From Phoronis australis (Eukaryota > Animalia > Phoronida): a stretch of 64,000 nucleotides of DNA. The stretch lies in assembly GCA_002633005.1 (NCBI GenBank), contig NMRA01000175.1:85432-149431 (forward strand), in the 5' to 3' direction. The notes under the pieces were generated by a model, which was given only the letters and a program-made list of their open reading frames with translations, was not told the origin of the DNA and ran no database searches. Each line of letters starts with the position of its first letter. The first letter of the stretch is position 1. Shown piece by piece: positions 12,983 to 24,779 of the stretch. Position numbers and translations under genes: made by a program.

Positions 12983-15900
12983 TGATGTGGTTTGTAAGGG
13001 GCTTTTGTAATCTACAGTAGGTAAGACTAGTGATTTGGATACTTTAGGCTGACGGAATCTTTTAGTTATCGCTGTTGCCAAGGATCAAATTTCTTAAATA
13101 ACTTTTTTATTGAGTGATAACAGACCAATAAAACTACACCCTTCTGAAATCCGTGATGACCACAATCTTATTATGTGCATAAAATATTATAATTCCCAGA
13201 TGATTGAAATTTTTCTCAAAAATTGTCATTGTTATTTTCCGCAAACATGATTTTGTTTCACATAAGTTGCAAACTCCGTTTTTTATATTACAGTAACTAG
13301 CAAAGCATGTCTGGCATTATCTATGAAGGCCTTTTTGCCCAAGAGCTCAGCTATGAAAAATCAAGACTTCCGTTTTTTCAAGAAATGTTGGCGTTTTGAC
13401 TTGATAGCAGAGTTCTTAGGCCTTCAAAGAAAATCCCAGACATGCGTTTGTAACTAATACGATAAAGGAACAGAGTAAGTAAGTTTCATGCACGAAATAA
13501 CATGACTCTCGTTGGAGTGCATTTGACCTTTCCCATTGAGGGAGGTTCGCACGACTCCACAGTTTAATCCAACTATTTTGAAAGGAGTTGCGAGTCTGGC
13601 TGTTAAGCTTTGTATTGACCAAAACTACGCAAAACAAGGAATTTTGCAGTAATAATTGGAAAGGTACTTTTAACTTAACGTAATAGGAAACATTCGACAT
13701 AAAAATCTTTAGTGTTGTGAAAGCACAAAAGTGATTTCTGCGTGTCCCAACTTCAAATTGGAATGTCGAGACTGTTAGAGTTAATAAAGAAGAAATGCAG
13801 TTACTTACAGACTAACTTTTTAATGTGTTCTGACATTTGATCATCCCACTGTATATCAGTGATAACTCAGACATCATAGGGATAGCAAGGAATTTGAGAA
13901 AAAATACTGCGAAACTTCACTACTCTAATCACCGTCCAGGCTGCATGTAAACTGGAAGTGGCACTGTGCATTTGCTCACAAAATACTCTTTCGCCATCTA
14001 GTACACAGCAACTTCATAGATGTCTCGCTATATCATCGTAAAAGATCATTTTCTGATTCACTCTGTTAATTTGCCTTAGTTTGCATTTCTCCTCTAGTTT
14101 GGTTTCAGTCTTGTCATTTTTCTGTACTCTTTTGAAATGTGTTTGGTTTCAAAACCTGTTGTGTTGTATCCAATGGTACATAGGTTTGTATTTATTTACT
14201 TACCATTTCTGCAGCCACATGTTGGTGTCCCATGCTTTAGGCTATAATTCACCAGTATTTGCACATATCATAGAATTCAACTAAGGAGTTAGATTACTGC
14301 TGTGAGTGCCTGGCAATGTCAAGAACCAATTTGCTGTCGACTCTTGTTCATCCGTTTTTTTCCCATTCGCATTAGTTAATGGGTGTCAGCTATACTAATC
14401 CCGGTATCTGTTCTACTCTTTTTGCACTAAATGGTTTTTATTCATTTTTTAAAACCGCGCGCTTGTCATTTCCATTTATCTCATGTTTTAAGATCAAATA
14501 TAATTTAGTCATATACTGCCTGGAGGCTATCTATAGCTCTTCCTCCTTGAAACCTTGGAGAAAGGGCCACTATTACACACTAAGAGCTGAAAGAAACTGC
14601 AACAATTTTGAAAACAATAGGTTGCCTAGGTGTCGTAGCAAAACCAACTAAAGACTTAATGTACTGCTTCTCTGTCAAGTTCTTTAATCATGAGTTGCCG
14701 ACCAGCCATCAGCCATCTTGCCTCCAGTTTAAAGTGCAGTTATTCGTATGATAATAATGTATGCTGGAAATGCTTGAATTCTGGCCAATCACTAACTGAA
14801 GCTCGAGCACACTTTGTCAAATAAACAGCTCACGGTTATTCATTTGTTGGAATCTTATATTTGTTGCTAAAACATTACATTACATGGGAAAAACAAATTA
14901 ATTTGACAAACAAGAATGAAAAAAAATGATTGAATTCTAAAGAAGAATCAAATTCCTAAAATGTGTATCATCCCTGGATGACTCTGATTTGAAGTTAGTA
15001 CAATCTGCAACTTTATTATTTCTGGGCTAATTTTGTTCCTTCTAAAATGAACTCGGTTAGTTTTTTCACAATAAAAACAAATTCACTAAAGCAAAAATGG
15101 GTAGAAATAATGTCTTGGTAAAGTCAGACCAGGCATGGTTTGTAATAGCCAAACAAACCTCAGAACGAAATTCCCCGATCAGAGTGCTGTCTCCGCTTTG
15201 TCTGTGACAGCAGAAAACTGGGCAAAGTTGAAATGTGCGCAAGATCAATGTAACCAGGGGGGGGGTTATGTCCACCAGACTCAGATTCACCTTATTTGCA
15301 CATGTGATGGCTGTATTAGGAAAGAATTGTATGCACCGACTTATTTGATTGTGAGTGTGCTTACATCCCCAGGTTTCTCTGTGACATTAAATGGTCCAAC
15401 CTGATACCTGGCAAAATCGTGGAAATCGGGTACCTGAGACATGTTAAAAACCAAATGAAAATCCCGCAAGTCAACATCGAGACTACATACCACTTGAAGA
15501 GCTCCATCTTTTTTAAAGCCCTCCGTCATTTTTTATCCAAAATTTTAAGTGATTACTCTTTCCTGCACGCCTCCCTAATTATGTGACTCCTTGCTGGAAT
15601 GTTTTCTAAAGTGATTATTGTCGATTATTCCTGATAAGAAGTTGTTATAATACTTGAGTTTGTTCTCCACAAGCTAATTATAAAAAGATCAAAGGCTGCT
15701 ACAAGGAAGTCTGTGAGAACTTTGTTTTGATTCATGTCATAATGGATAGTTCCTACACGTCTGTTAATTGCAGCCAATCAGGGCACAGAAAAGTGTAAAC
15801 TCTACGATTGTTCTCAATCTTGGCCCACAAACATTGTTAACGAAAGCAGAAAGATGGTTTTTTTGATGAACTTGCGATATCAGCAATATATGGAAAACGA

Positions 15901-18900
15901 ACATTGAAAAATGCTGAAGGGATAAAAAAGCATGATTTATGATCAGCTGATTATCCCTGTAATACTGTACACATAAGAAACAAGCCTAACCTTCCTAACA
16001 TGTCATGGAGCGAATATTCTTTTCTTCACTTATGTATATGATACTAAGAATCAAGTATCGGTATGTGGAACATATCTAGGTGACTGAGCACATGTGACTT
16101 GTGGATGTCACTGACAAGACTCAAGTATTCTTACTGCCATGCAGCTGTTCACCTGAGTGACTTGACCAAACAAACTTAATGCTGCCTAAGTCGATTGAAG
16201 ACCCGCCCAGTCACTTAGTCGTGCCTCTAAACATAAAGTGGAATACAACACTAAGTGGCAACAATGGTGCCTAGCTGTTTGAATCGATTTTCCACCTGAA
16301 TGAAACTCAGTCAGATATGAATGGGTTACTAATCTTTTAAATGGGCTCAAAGACTTGAAATCTGAATTTGTAGCTGTGTGTAACAGTTAATTTTTCCAAC
16401 AATGCAGGCATGTGTTGTGGGTGAAATGTGTGGACACCAGTTGATTTTTGGATAGATTCAGCTGCTGCGGCACCCCCTGGTGGGTGTTTTAGTGTTCAAC
16501 ATGAAATTTTTGGATGAATTTGAATACCCTGGTATCCCAGTTGTTGGCTGTTTTGTTTTTGACTATCGCTCGTCTGTAAACTGTTTAAAAAAATACATAG
16601 AGTTGTATGGCAAAAATTCATGGTCGCCAGTCTATCTTCATGTGACAACCCATGTTGACCATTGTTGTTTTTCCGCACGATTTGCATTGTCCTTTGATTA
16701 TTGTCAAAATAGTTTGTCAGATTTTGATGGACACAATAATGATATGTAATGGGTGAACACCATGATTTTAGCACCCAGTGAATCAGTGAATGTCTAAGTT
16801 TTGTCAAGATATTACAGGTCTGTTAAAGTGCTTGACAGATTTTTTAATGATGGGACCTCAGCAGAATTGAGATGAACCATCATACAAATTTCAGTTTTCA
16901 AATCATCAATCTATTCATGAAACAAATTGGCACTGACTTGGAGTTACAAAAGTGTCTGTGGTGGAGTTGTGCTGGGGTGTGTTTCATGTTCTTATTGCTT
17001 CCTTCCCATGTCTTTTCTTATAATTGTCGAAAACTTCATGAAATAAATTTCAATTGAATTAAGTTTGTTTTTTCTGAACATTTTTTGAATGATATTCTTT
17101 GGACAGTTATAATTTCTTGACTAAACAGAATTTAATGTTTTAGCATTTTCAAGATGAACTTTTGAATTTCTTTTGGTACATCACCAGAATGACCACCAAA
17201 GTTGAATAACTCCAATGAGATAAATATAACCAGAGTTGACATCACGTGGTTTTCGTTGAGCGGAGTGGTCGTGATGCCCAAGTATTGTGCAGCATTTAAA
17301 TGAATAACTCCACTCTGCATCATTCAATACCTTACCATGCTCATTTTGTTCAAAGGCAAGTGAATTCTACAAAAACGGCGTATTTGGTTCCAATTGTGAT
17401 TTTTTGAAGTTGATCGATAATTGCTAGTTTTAAGTTGTCTAAATTTTGGAATAAAAAAATTCCGTATTATGCCAGCTTGAAGTTCAGAACGGGTCGGTAT
17501 ACGTTTTTCCCAGCATCGCTTGATGTCGGCGGAAATGGTTCAGGCTCTCTTTCCCCCTGTGTCACCAGATGCCAGCTGAACTTGGTCGAATTTTTCTGTC
17601 TATAATTAAGTGAGTTGGCAGTTTTCAAAATGACCCATACACAGGTCAGAACCAATTTTGTAATTTGTGGCCTTTTGAAGTTTCAAGTATGGAATTTGTT
17701 TGAATCCCTGGCCAAAATCTTTGAAAAGGAGTGGATGCTCATTGATAAAAATAACTATTTGCTTTTTTCTTAATTCGCATATAATTATACCTTTGAAGCT
17801 CTGTGCAACTGTGTTTTGAGTTGAAAATATTCAAATAAAACAAAATTGCAGGGGAGAATTAAATAGCAGAAACAATTGTTCATCTCATCTTGTCCCTAGA
17901 AAGCTGTGTCTAGCTTTTAGTATTAACTTGCCAAATTAAAAACACTTAAACTAGTTGAACCCTGAAGTGGACATTAGCAAACCATGTTCTTCAGCCGTGG
18001 CTAGACCAAATGGATAAGTCAACAGGAAATTGTTATTGTGTGTGTTATATAACCTTAATCACTGGTCTACACAAGTAGTCAGATTAGATTAATGGAAAAA
18101 CAGCAAAACTGTGCCAAAATAGTCTTAGCGGGCTGACATTTTTTGCCGTTGAAGCACAGTTCATAAAAGCTTTGCTATTAATTGTCTGACCTGTTGCAGG
18201 CAATATTTGTGTTGACTACATGAAGATATAAAGAACATATTATGAACAATGCGCCATGGTTAGTGGTTATTAGTGGCTGTTTTTATTTTTTTAGTTGGTT
18301 TTGGCATCACCTTCTCTGTCAGCCAAGCCACTTTTAAGATAATTATGTAAATTGACAGATATCTTTGCACGGAAAGAGGTCATATACCAACGAATTTTTG
18401 ACGGCGCCGACTACTGTGGCGCCTCTTAGTGGCAGTTTTGTTTTTGTTTTGTGGGAGTTTTTGTAGTATCGCAATATGATTTTGAAACCTGCTTGGAATG
18501 GCATCTTCATTGTGTTGCTTCTGAGGTTACATGTTTTTGTTACCCTTGTCATTCTTAATGTTATTGATGGAAAATTTGCGACTCCATGCATGATGCGCAG
18601 ATCGAAGGGGGAACATTCAATTTGGTATAAACATTAACATTGTGTGTACTTTATTTAAAATTCTAAATCTACCCAATTGCTGCTGTATTTTGACACAGGG
18701 TCTATGATACAATGGTTTAAATTTTGAGACAATAGAGTGTCAAAATGTAGTTTTCCACTTAGGATAAAGACTCAGAGTATCACTGAAGTATCACCAACAG
18801 TCTTCTCGCAAACATGATTACAGGCTAAGACATTTTTTCTATTTTCATAAACGCATATACATTGTACATGTTCTTTGTTGATACGACCTGAAGTAGACTG

Positions 18901-18976
18901 TGAATACAGCCAGTTTTAGGGACTGTCTATCTAAGCATATGGTACTTGGTGGCCAGCACTGTGTTTCAGTGAAATT

Positions 18977-19334
18977 CATAGGCAGATTTATGAGGGTGGG
19001 CCCGAGCCACCCCCCCCCCCCCCCCCTTGGCTACCGGAAAAATATAAAACAGCAAGATCTTGAGGAAATACTTAGTTGATTTACTAACCTGATAATTAAC
19101 ATACGGTTGAAACAAGATTTAACAATGTGGGTAGTTTTAGTTTGTGGGGCTCAAACCAGATTGCAACTGTCCATGTCAGGTCGCCGGCGGAGTGAATCGG
19201 TTTCCCATTTCTTTGGGTTTTTTTTCGAGCCCTCCTATATTTTAGGTTGGGTGCGCCACGCAATCGTGCTTTGTGCGATTCCCGGAGACAAAATGTTGGG
19301 CCCGCCCCCTTATGATATTCTGGATGCGCCACTG
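18977..19334. mobile_element. Degenerate CA..TG MITE with 5-bp AAATT flanks
   Basis: Right end TTCTGGATGCGCCACTG; degenerate left end CATAGGCAGATT; GGGCCCG motif near both ends; internal poly-C; AAATT on both sides. Confidence 0.55.
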
Positions 19335-20268
19335 AAATTTCAGTTCAACTTGTTTCAAGGTTCGGAGGTGAAGTTCATAAAATTACCCGAGGCAATAAAT
19401 GGGATCTCCTTGGGCTAAAGCTTCATGTATATTTTAGGAATGCAATGGTTGATCGGAGTGTCTCCCTTCCTGCTGATCATCTTATCCGGCTTGTAAACAA
19501 CTGATAATCAAGTTCTGTACAATTATCAGCTTAGGCCAAAACAAAACGAGTTAAGAAGTAGATTCTCATGTGGGTATTAAAGGCATCGAGGTATTTTTAA
19601 ACAATTGTAAAAAGTATGTGGTGTGATTCGTATACCAGTAAGAGATCCCAGGCCATAACGGCAGCGATTCCCAGTCAAATAATTGGGGAATTATGTTTTT
19701 TCACAGCTTTAAAATGACCGTTTAAGAAATGCGTGGGTCACATGTTTACATTGCTTTTTGTTACCAATATTTTAAAACCTCGATAGTATTTAAAATTTCA
19801 AATTTCCTTCTAAAAATTCCCCAGCTTCCACAAGGCCTGAGCGTGCTTTTGTTTACATATCGTTCATCATCAATATGGTGGACCACATGTCACGTGCTGT
19901 CTGACTTGCGAGTATGGTTGTGTCGCCTCTATGTATATAGCTCATTGAATAACTCTGCCTTCACTTCTTATGACCTAGAAATAACTGAGCACAGGGTTGT
20001 TATGTATTGAATGAAGATAAAACTCACAGGTAAAGTGGATAGTTTTAGTGCAATATTTGGATGCGTCAAATTTTGAGGCCTGTGCCATTTGTTGTATAGT
20101 CATGCTGGGACATCTATTGTTTGTTTTGCAGGCAACTTCCATGCAAGGAAAAATGGATGTTCCAACAAGTGTGTTGCGGAATGCAGTGATTCAGCATGTG
20201 AAGGTTACCTTAGGGAAGTTATAATCTCTTAAACAAAGAGCTCACCACCACCACCACCCTTTGCTGTC

Positions 20269-22521
20269 ATGGTGATCTATCGTATTGCAGCGTGTGTTGG
20301 TTTGTGTCTTCAGTTCTTGGAGACAGGAAGTCAACTATGGGCTGCTGTGGAATATTACCAAACATTGCGTCTGACTACGTGGTTCGTTGTACTCACAGTC
20401 ATCATCTTGTTACCATTGTTTGTCACAAATATCGTCTCACTGGCTTTGGTATTCAAACAAATGGACTTTGAAGAGAAGTGCTTGGGACGTCTGGTTTGCT
20501 GTGGCTTTCACTTTGTACAGTTTGGACAACTATGGAGGTTGTTTAAACTGCTGCTTGCCTATGATGTCATTGACTGCAAAGAGTTCAGCGTATTAAGACT
20601 AGGACAGTTTTTCACCGGGAGTACCATCTTTGTCGTGGTACAGTGTTACTTAATGGTCACTCTTAACCACTGGTCAGTGGCTGCCATAATCAGTCTGGTG
20701 GCAAGTTTGCTGTCCGGAGCGTCTGTCCTGATGCTGTACAGTACACCGCGGTCAATAATACCTGGCTCATCGTTGCTCCACCTGCAGGGGGTGGTTCGCT
20801 TTCTGTGGGCGTTCTTCATGTTGTTGTCAAGGTTTGTTGCGTTAGCAATGTTCACAGCCACTTTGAATAACTGGGTGATACTTGTTATAGGCTGTCACTG
20901 GGCAGTTATGTTCCTGTGGAGTCAAGCTCAAGAAATATTTCTGAAGAAGGATGCCAAGGAAAAAACGTGTCTATCACGCTGTGGCGATGCTGCTCGGTGT
21001 TACGTGATGTGCTTTGATCTATTGAGCGTCACTCACAAAAGGAAATGGAAAGTTTTGTTTGTGTATTACACAATTATATTGGCAGAGAATGCCCTCATGA
21101 TCATTGTGTGGTTCACTGGATTGACCAATCCGAGTCAGCGTAAGGACTGGTACGCCATACCCAGTATAGTCACGGTCTTCTTCAGTTTCATCTGTGGCTT
21201 CATCTTCATGCTCATCAACTTTAAATGTTTTACTAATAATAACGCCACGCCCGTCACTTTTGTAGCCAATGAAAGTGATCTGAAGGATATACTGAGTAAT
21301 TTGGATTACATTCACGAGGACCTCATCTGGGACACATTTGGTGATGTGTCAGCCAGGAGTTACAATTCTTGCGAGAGAAGTCCTACATTTCTTATTGTGC
21401 CGAAACGTGCAGTTCATAAGAGCACAGTGGTTAACAGAGCTTTGCATGAATCGGTTGCTTCAAATAGTAGCCTTGCCAGCAGTGTTGATAAACCAACTCG
21501 GAAAAAGCGGCAACTACCGCAAATCCCACAGCAGAATAGCAGGACAAACTTGATATTGAATAAGAGTGATACCTTTGATGTACATCAGGATACGGGGTCA
21601 GTTTTAAGTCTGGGAAGTACGGATGTAACGTATCACAAGTTGTCCAATGGAGTTGAGCGTAGCTCGTCCAATAGTCGTAACACGCATACATTAGACACCA
21701 GTTTACCGAGTAGTATATCTGAGAGTCCTGAGGCTAAACCATTTGTGGCCACCATGAAGATCACAAATGCTGGTCGTAAACTGCCCGTAATTCCCGGAAG
21801 TGGTGGCGTTAGTGCATTCGATGATGCACAATGCTACGAACTGGAAAGCTGTGTGACAATTAAAAGCGAAAAACATGGAGAGTCTGTGGAGAGTCTGTAC
21901 CAGTCGGGTCAGTCTTCATCTTCAGGTACCCCAGATGACTTCACCATAACAAAGTCTCGCGGCTTTGATTACCATGGCAACCAATGGGAAATTGAATCCA
22001 ACAATAGCAATGTAGCATCAGATTCTGACTTTGCCATGACATGGCCACCATCAAATCCAAAATTCACAATTGAAAATTTGACAAATATTCCAAATATGAC
22101 TTCTGACCCTTATGAGTCAGTCAGTGCATGGTTGGAACGAATTAATAAACCGTGCAGAGCAGAAGTGAGTGTTGATAAGACAGATGAGGAATCTCATGTA
22201 CAAAATTCTGTTGGCACTTTTAATGAGACAAATAAAGTTGTGAATGGTGTCGCTAACGGAGACAATTCCCAAGTGTGCAATGCTGATGAAGACAATAGGG
22301 GGCGATACAGTATAGGTCATGTAAAGAGTCCTCCATTGAATAAAAAGAAGCAGAGTTCATTGATAAACATCTTTCGGCGTTTTGGTAGTCTACACAGTGA
22401 TCTAGGTGAGCGAAGGACAAAAAGTAAGAAGAAGAAGAAAAAGTTTAGGCAGATGGAACAGAGGATGATACAGCGGCAGCAAAGACCAAGACGTGTCATA
22501 AGCATAGAGTCTATGGTGTAA
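20269..22521 (+). CDS. XK-related (XKR/CED-8 family) multi-pass membrane protein with long Ser-rich cytoplasmic tail; CDS in a single exon
   Basis: 750-aa ORF. The N-terminal ~320 aa has about 8-10 hydrophobic segments with XK-family-like motifs (LWAAVEYY, WFVVLTVIILLP, HFVQFGQLWR, SRFVALAMF, HWAVMF, YYTIILAEN). In-frame TAA at 20230 upstream, strong Kozak GCTGTCATGG, candidate acceptor ttgttttgcag ending 20131. Confidence 0.85.
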   Translation: MVIYRIAACVGLCLQFLETGSQLWAAVEYYQTLRLTTWFVVLTVIILLPLFVTNIVSLALVFKQMDFEEKCLGRLVCCGFHFVQFGQLWRLFKLLLAYDVIDCKEFSVLRLGQFFTGSTIFVVVQCYLMVTLNHWSVAAIISLVASLLSGASVLMLYSTPRSIIPGSSLLHLQGVVRFLWAFFMLLSRFVALAMFTATLNNWVILVIGCHWAVMFLWSQAQEIFLKKDAKEKTCLSRCGDAARCYVMCFDLLSVTHKRKWKVLFVYYTIILAENALMIIVWFTGLTNPSQRKDWYAIPSIVTVFFSFICGFIFMLINFKCFTNNNATPVTFVANESDLKDILSNLDYIHEDLIWDTFGDVSARSYNSCERSPTFLIVPKRAVHKSTVVNRALHESVASNSSLASSVDKPTRKKRQLPQIPQQNSRTNLILNKSDTFDVHQDTGSVLSLGSTDVTYHKLSNGVERSSSNSRNTHTLDTSLPSSISESPEAKPFVATMKITNAGRKLPVIPGSGGVSAFDDAQCYELESCVTIKSEKHGESVESLYQSGQSSSSGTPDDFTITKSRGFDYHGNQWEIESNNSNVASDSDFAMTWPPSNPKFTIENLTNIPNMTSDPYESVSAWLERINKPCRAEVSVDKTDEESHVQNSVGTFNETNKVVNGVANGDNSQVCNADEDNRGRYSIGHVKSPPLNKKKQSSLINIFRRFGSLHSDLGERRTKSKKKKKKFRQMEQRMIQRQQRPRRVISIESMV

Positions 22522-22650
22522 TGCTTGTGTAGGACATGTCATTGGCATAGAGTCTATGGTATGAGGCTTGGGGAGGATGTCTCATTGGCATATAGTCTGT
22601 GGTGTGAGGTATGTGTGTGGCATGTCATCACAATTGAATCTGTTGTGTCA
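22495..22650 (+). repeat. 43-bp tandem repeat (~3.6 copies) beginning inside the XKR C-terminus
   Basis: GTCATAAGCATAGAGTCTATGGTG.., GTCATTGGCATAGAGTCTATGGTA.., CTCATTGGCATATAGTCTGTGGTG.. Confidence 0.85.
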
Positions 22651-24505
22651 TTAACATGGCACCTTTGACATGCCAACTGATGCAGCACAATTTCTATGTT
22701 TTCAAACAGCTTGACATTGTGCTGATTGACACTCTTGTTCTTTGTGAATTGCCTAGCCGTCTTAATTGTAATGCAGCCATCTCAGACTTCATAGGGTCCC
22801 AAGAATTGTTTATCAAGCATTCTTTCATCTTGTCAGTTTGTTTTGTGTCAAAGAAAGTGTTAGCATATAGTTTACGGCAATGTGTGAAATGTAAGTGTCA
22901 TCGACGAGTCTCTGGTTTATAACCTCATTAATATGCGACATGTCATATTTGTGTAGACACCTGACGAGAGATAATATCACAGAGACGTCACCAGATTTAT
23001 TTCAGTTATACTCAGGCATGAAACTTGAAACTAATTTTTTTGCTTAACTTCTAGGTAAAGCCTCGTCGTCTGTGTAATTTTTAACTACAGCAGTTTTGAT
23101 ATTTTATGTGGAACAGACGCTGACGGAAAATGCCAAGACACTGGTTCAAAGTTCCACTAATTAATTAGTTTAGTCAGGCTGAATCATGCACCGCCCGTGA
23201 TGGATTCAAGTTGAGGTGTAAGGGTATTATAATCAAAAAGTGATTACAATGTCAGGCCACTTGCTGTGTTGATTATTGTGCAGTCTGTCAAAATGCTGTT
23301 CTTTTTTTGTTGTCAGTCTTCAGTTAGTTTGCTATTATTGTGGAACAAGTGCTGTCAACCATTCACTTGTTTGTTGAGGCCATTTGTGGACAAAGTTTAA
23401 CAGCTAATAGATGAAATAAGTCCATTTAAAACTGCATTTTGTCCTGTTTAAATGGATCGATCATCACCAATTTTCTCTTCCACTAAGTTTACTTCACAGA
23501 TTCTTAAGACTCAGCTTGACCTGATCTGTCCATGAGGGGTTCATTCAACAGACCTAAGCTGCCTGTGGGAAGTGTGTCTGCACCTGTCACAACCTCCTTG
23601 GATGCAGGCATGAATCGTGCAATGAATTCATTATTTATTCACTATAATAGTAACTGTGTGTCCAGTAGTGTCTATGCAGAACTGTGGTTTTACATGCAGT
23701 TCTGTATGTCAGTGTTAATGTTAACCAGTCAGTTGTATGCCGTCAAATTAAAAGCTTTTAATATAATTTTAATGTATGTGTACTTTTTAGTGGCACAAGG
23801 CACTGGCTAATGACTGAGTGTAACCATGTTGCAAGTGTTTAAACACACAACAAGTCAGTGCCAGGCATCAGTTCCGCTATGGTTCTGGTTCTCCGTGTAC
23901 GCACTTTTTGAAAGTGAAGAAAGTGAGCAACATCCTGTTCAAGAATTGCCAATTTAACATCACCAGACAGTGAAAATGGAAATAATTTACACTGTGGCAT
24001 GACATTTTTAGTTTAGGAAATAATGTCATATGAGGGCTAAAAGCACGATGTATTGATGGATACGGATTTAAAAGTCACTAGTAAATCAATAATTGAAATC
24101 TTTTACTAACAGGTATTGGCACCAGATATATCCATTCAAAGAAAGAAAAGGATTCTTTGTTTGAGGGTGGGGTAACTCCAGCTCTTTAGCACCCCATCTA
24201 GATCTGTTGGTGCAATGCATACTGGTGGATAATTGGTGCTGTAAATCTAGAAACAAGACCTTTAGGAAACTGGCAAATTATTTGTAAATTTTCATTGTGT
24301 ATTCGTTAAAGCCTCATACAGTCCATTTTTGATATTAACCAATCCATTTTTGTATGGAAGTCGTTTTGGTAATTTTTTATTGCGCCGAGTTAGTGTTAAA
24401 CTTAACACGATTACAGTGTGGAGGTCAGTGAATGTCTGATGAATTCACTTCAACTGTGAATTCTCGTTTCATTGATAACTTTGACTGTATGTGACTTTAA
24501 TCAAA

Positions 24506-24779
24506 GGTCTGTCTTGTGAAAAGTGACTCAAGATAGTCTGAATCTTGGTCGTAAGCTCCTACTTTACAATTCCTGAACATAGACTCAACTGTGCTATTGT
24601 TTGCATATCACAGCCTAGACATAATTTTTACAAATATCTCAATAACTAGCGGTTATGGGTTCATTCTCAGAGACTTGGCACTTTACTAAATGTGAGACTT
24701 TATAGTTTTTAATAGGTCTGTGGAGCACAACACCGAATTTCTGACTCAAGTCTTGAGTCACTTCTCATGAAACAGACCC
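24506..24779. mobile_element. MITE-like element between the two convergent stop codons
   Basis: ~28-bp imperfect TIR GGTCTGTCTTGTGAAAAGTGACTCAAGA / TCTTGAGTCACTTCTCATGAAACAGACC. Confidence 0.6.

Noticed and set aside
29-20010. Numerous 60-127-aa ORFs in the first 20 kb
   Set aside because: Composition typical of random AT-rich ORFs; no domains recognised
20387-22505. Overlapping and antisense ORFs within the XKR CDS
   Set aside because: Shadow ORFs of a real coding sequence
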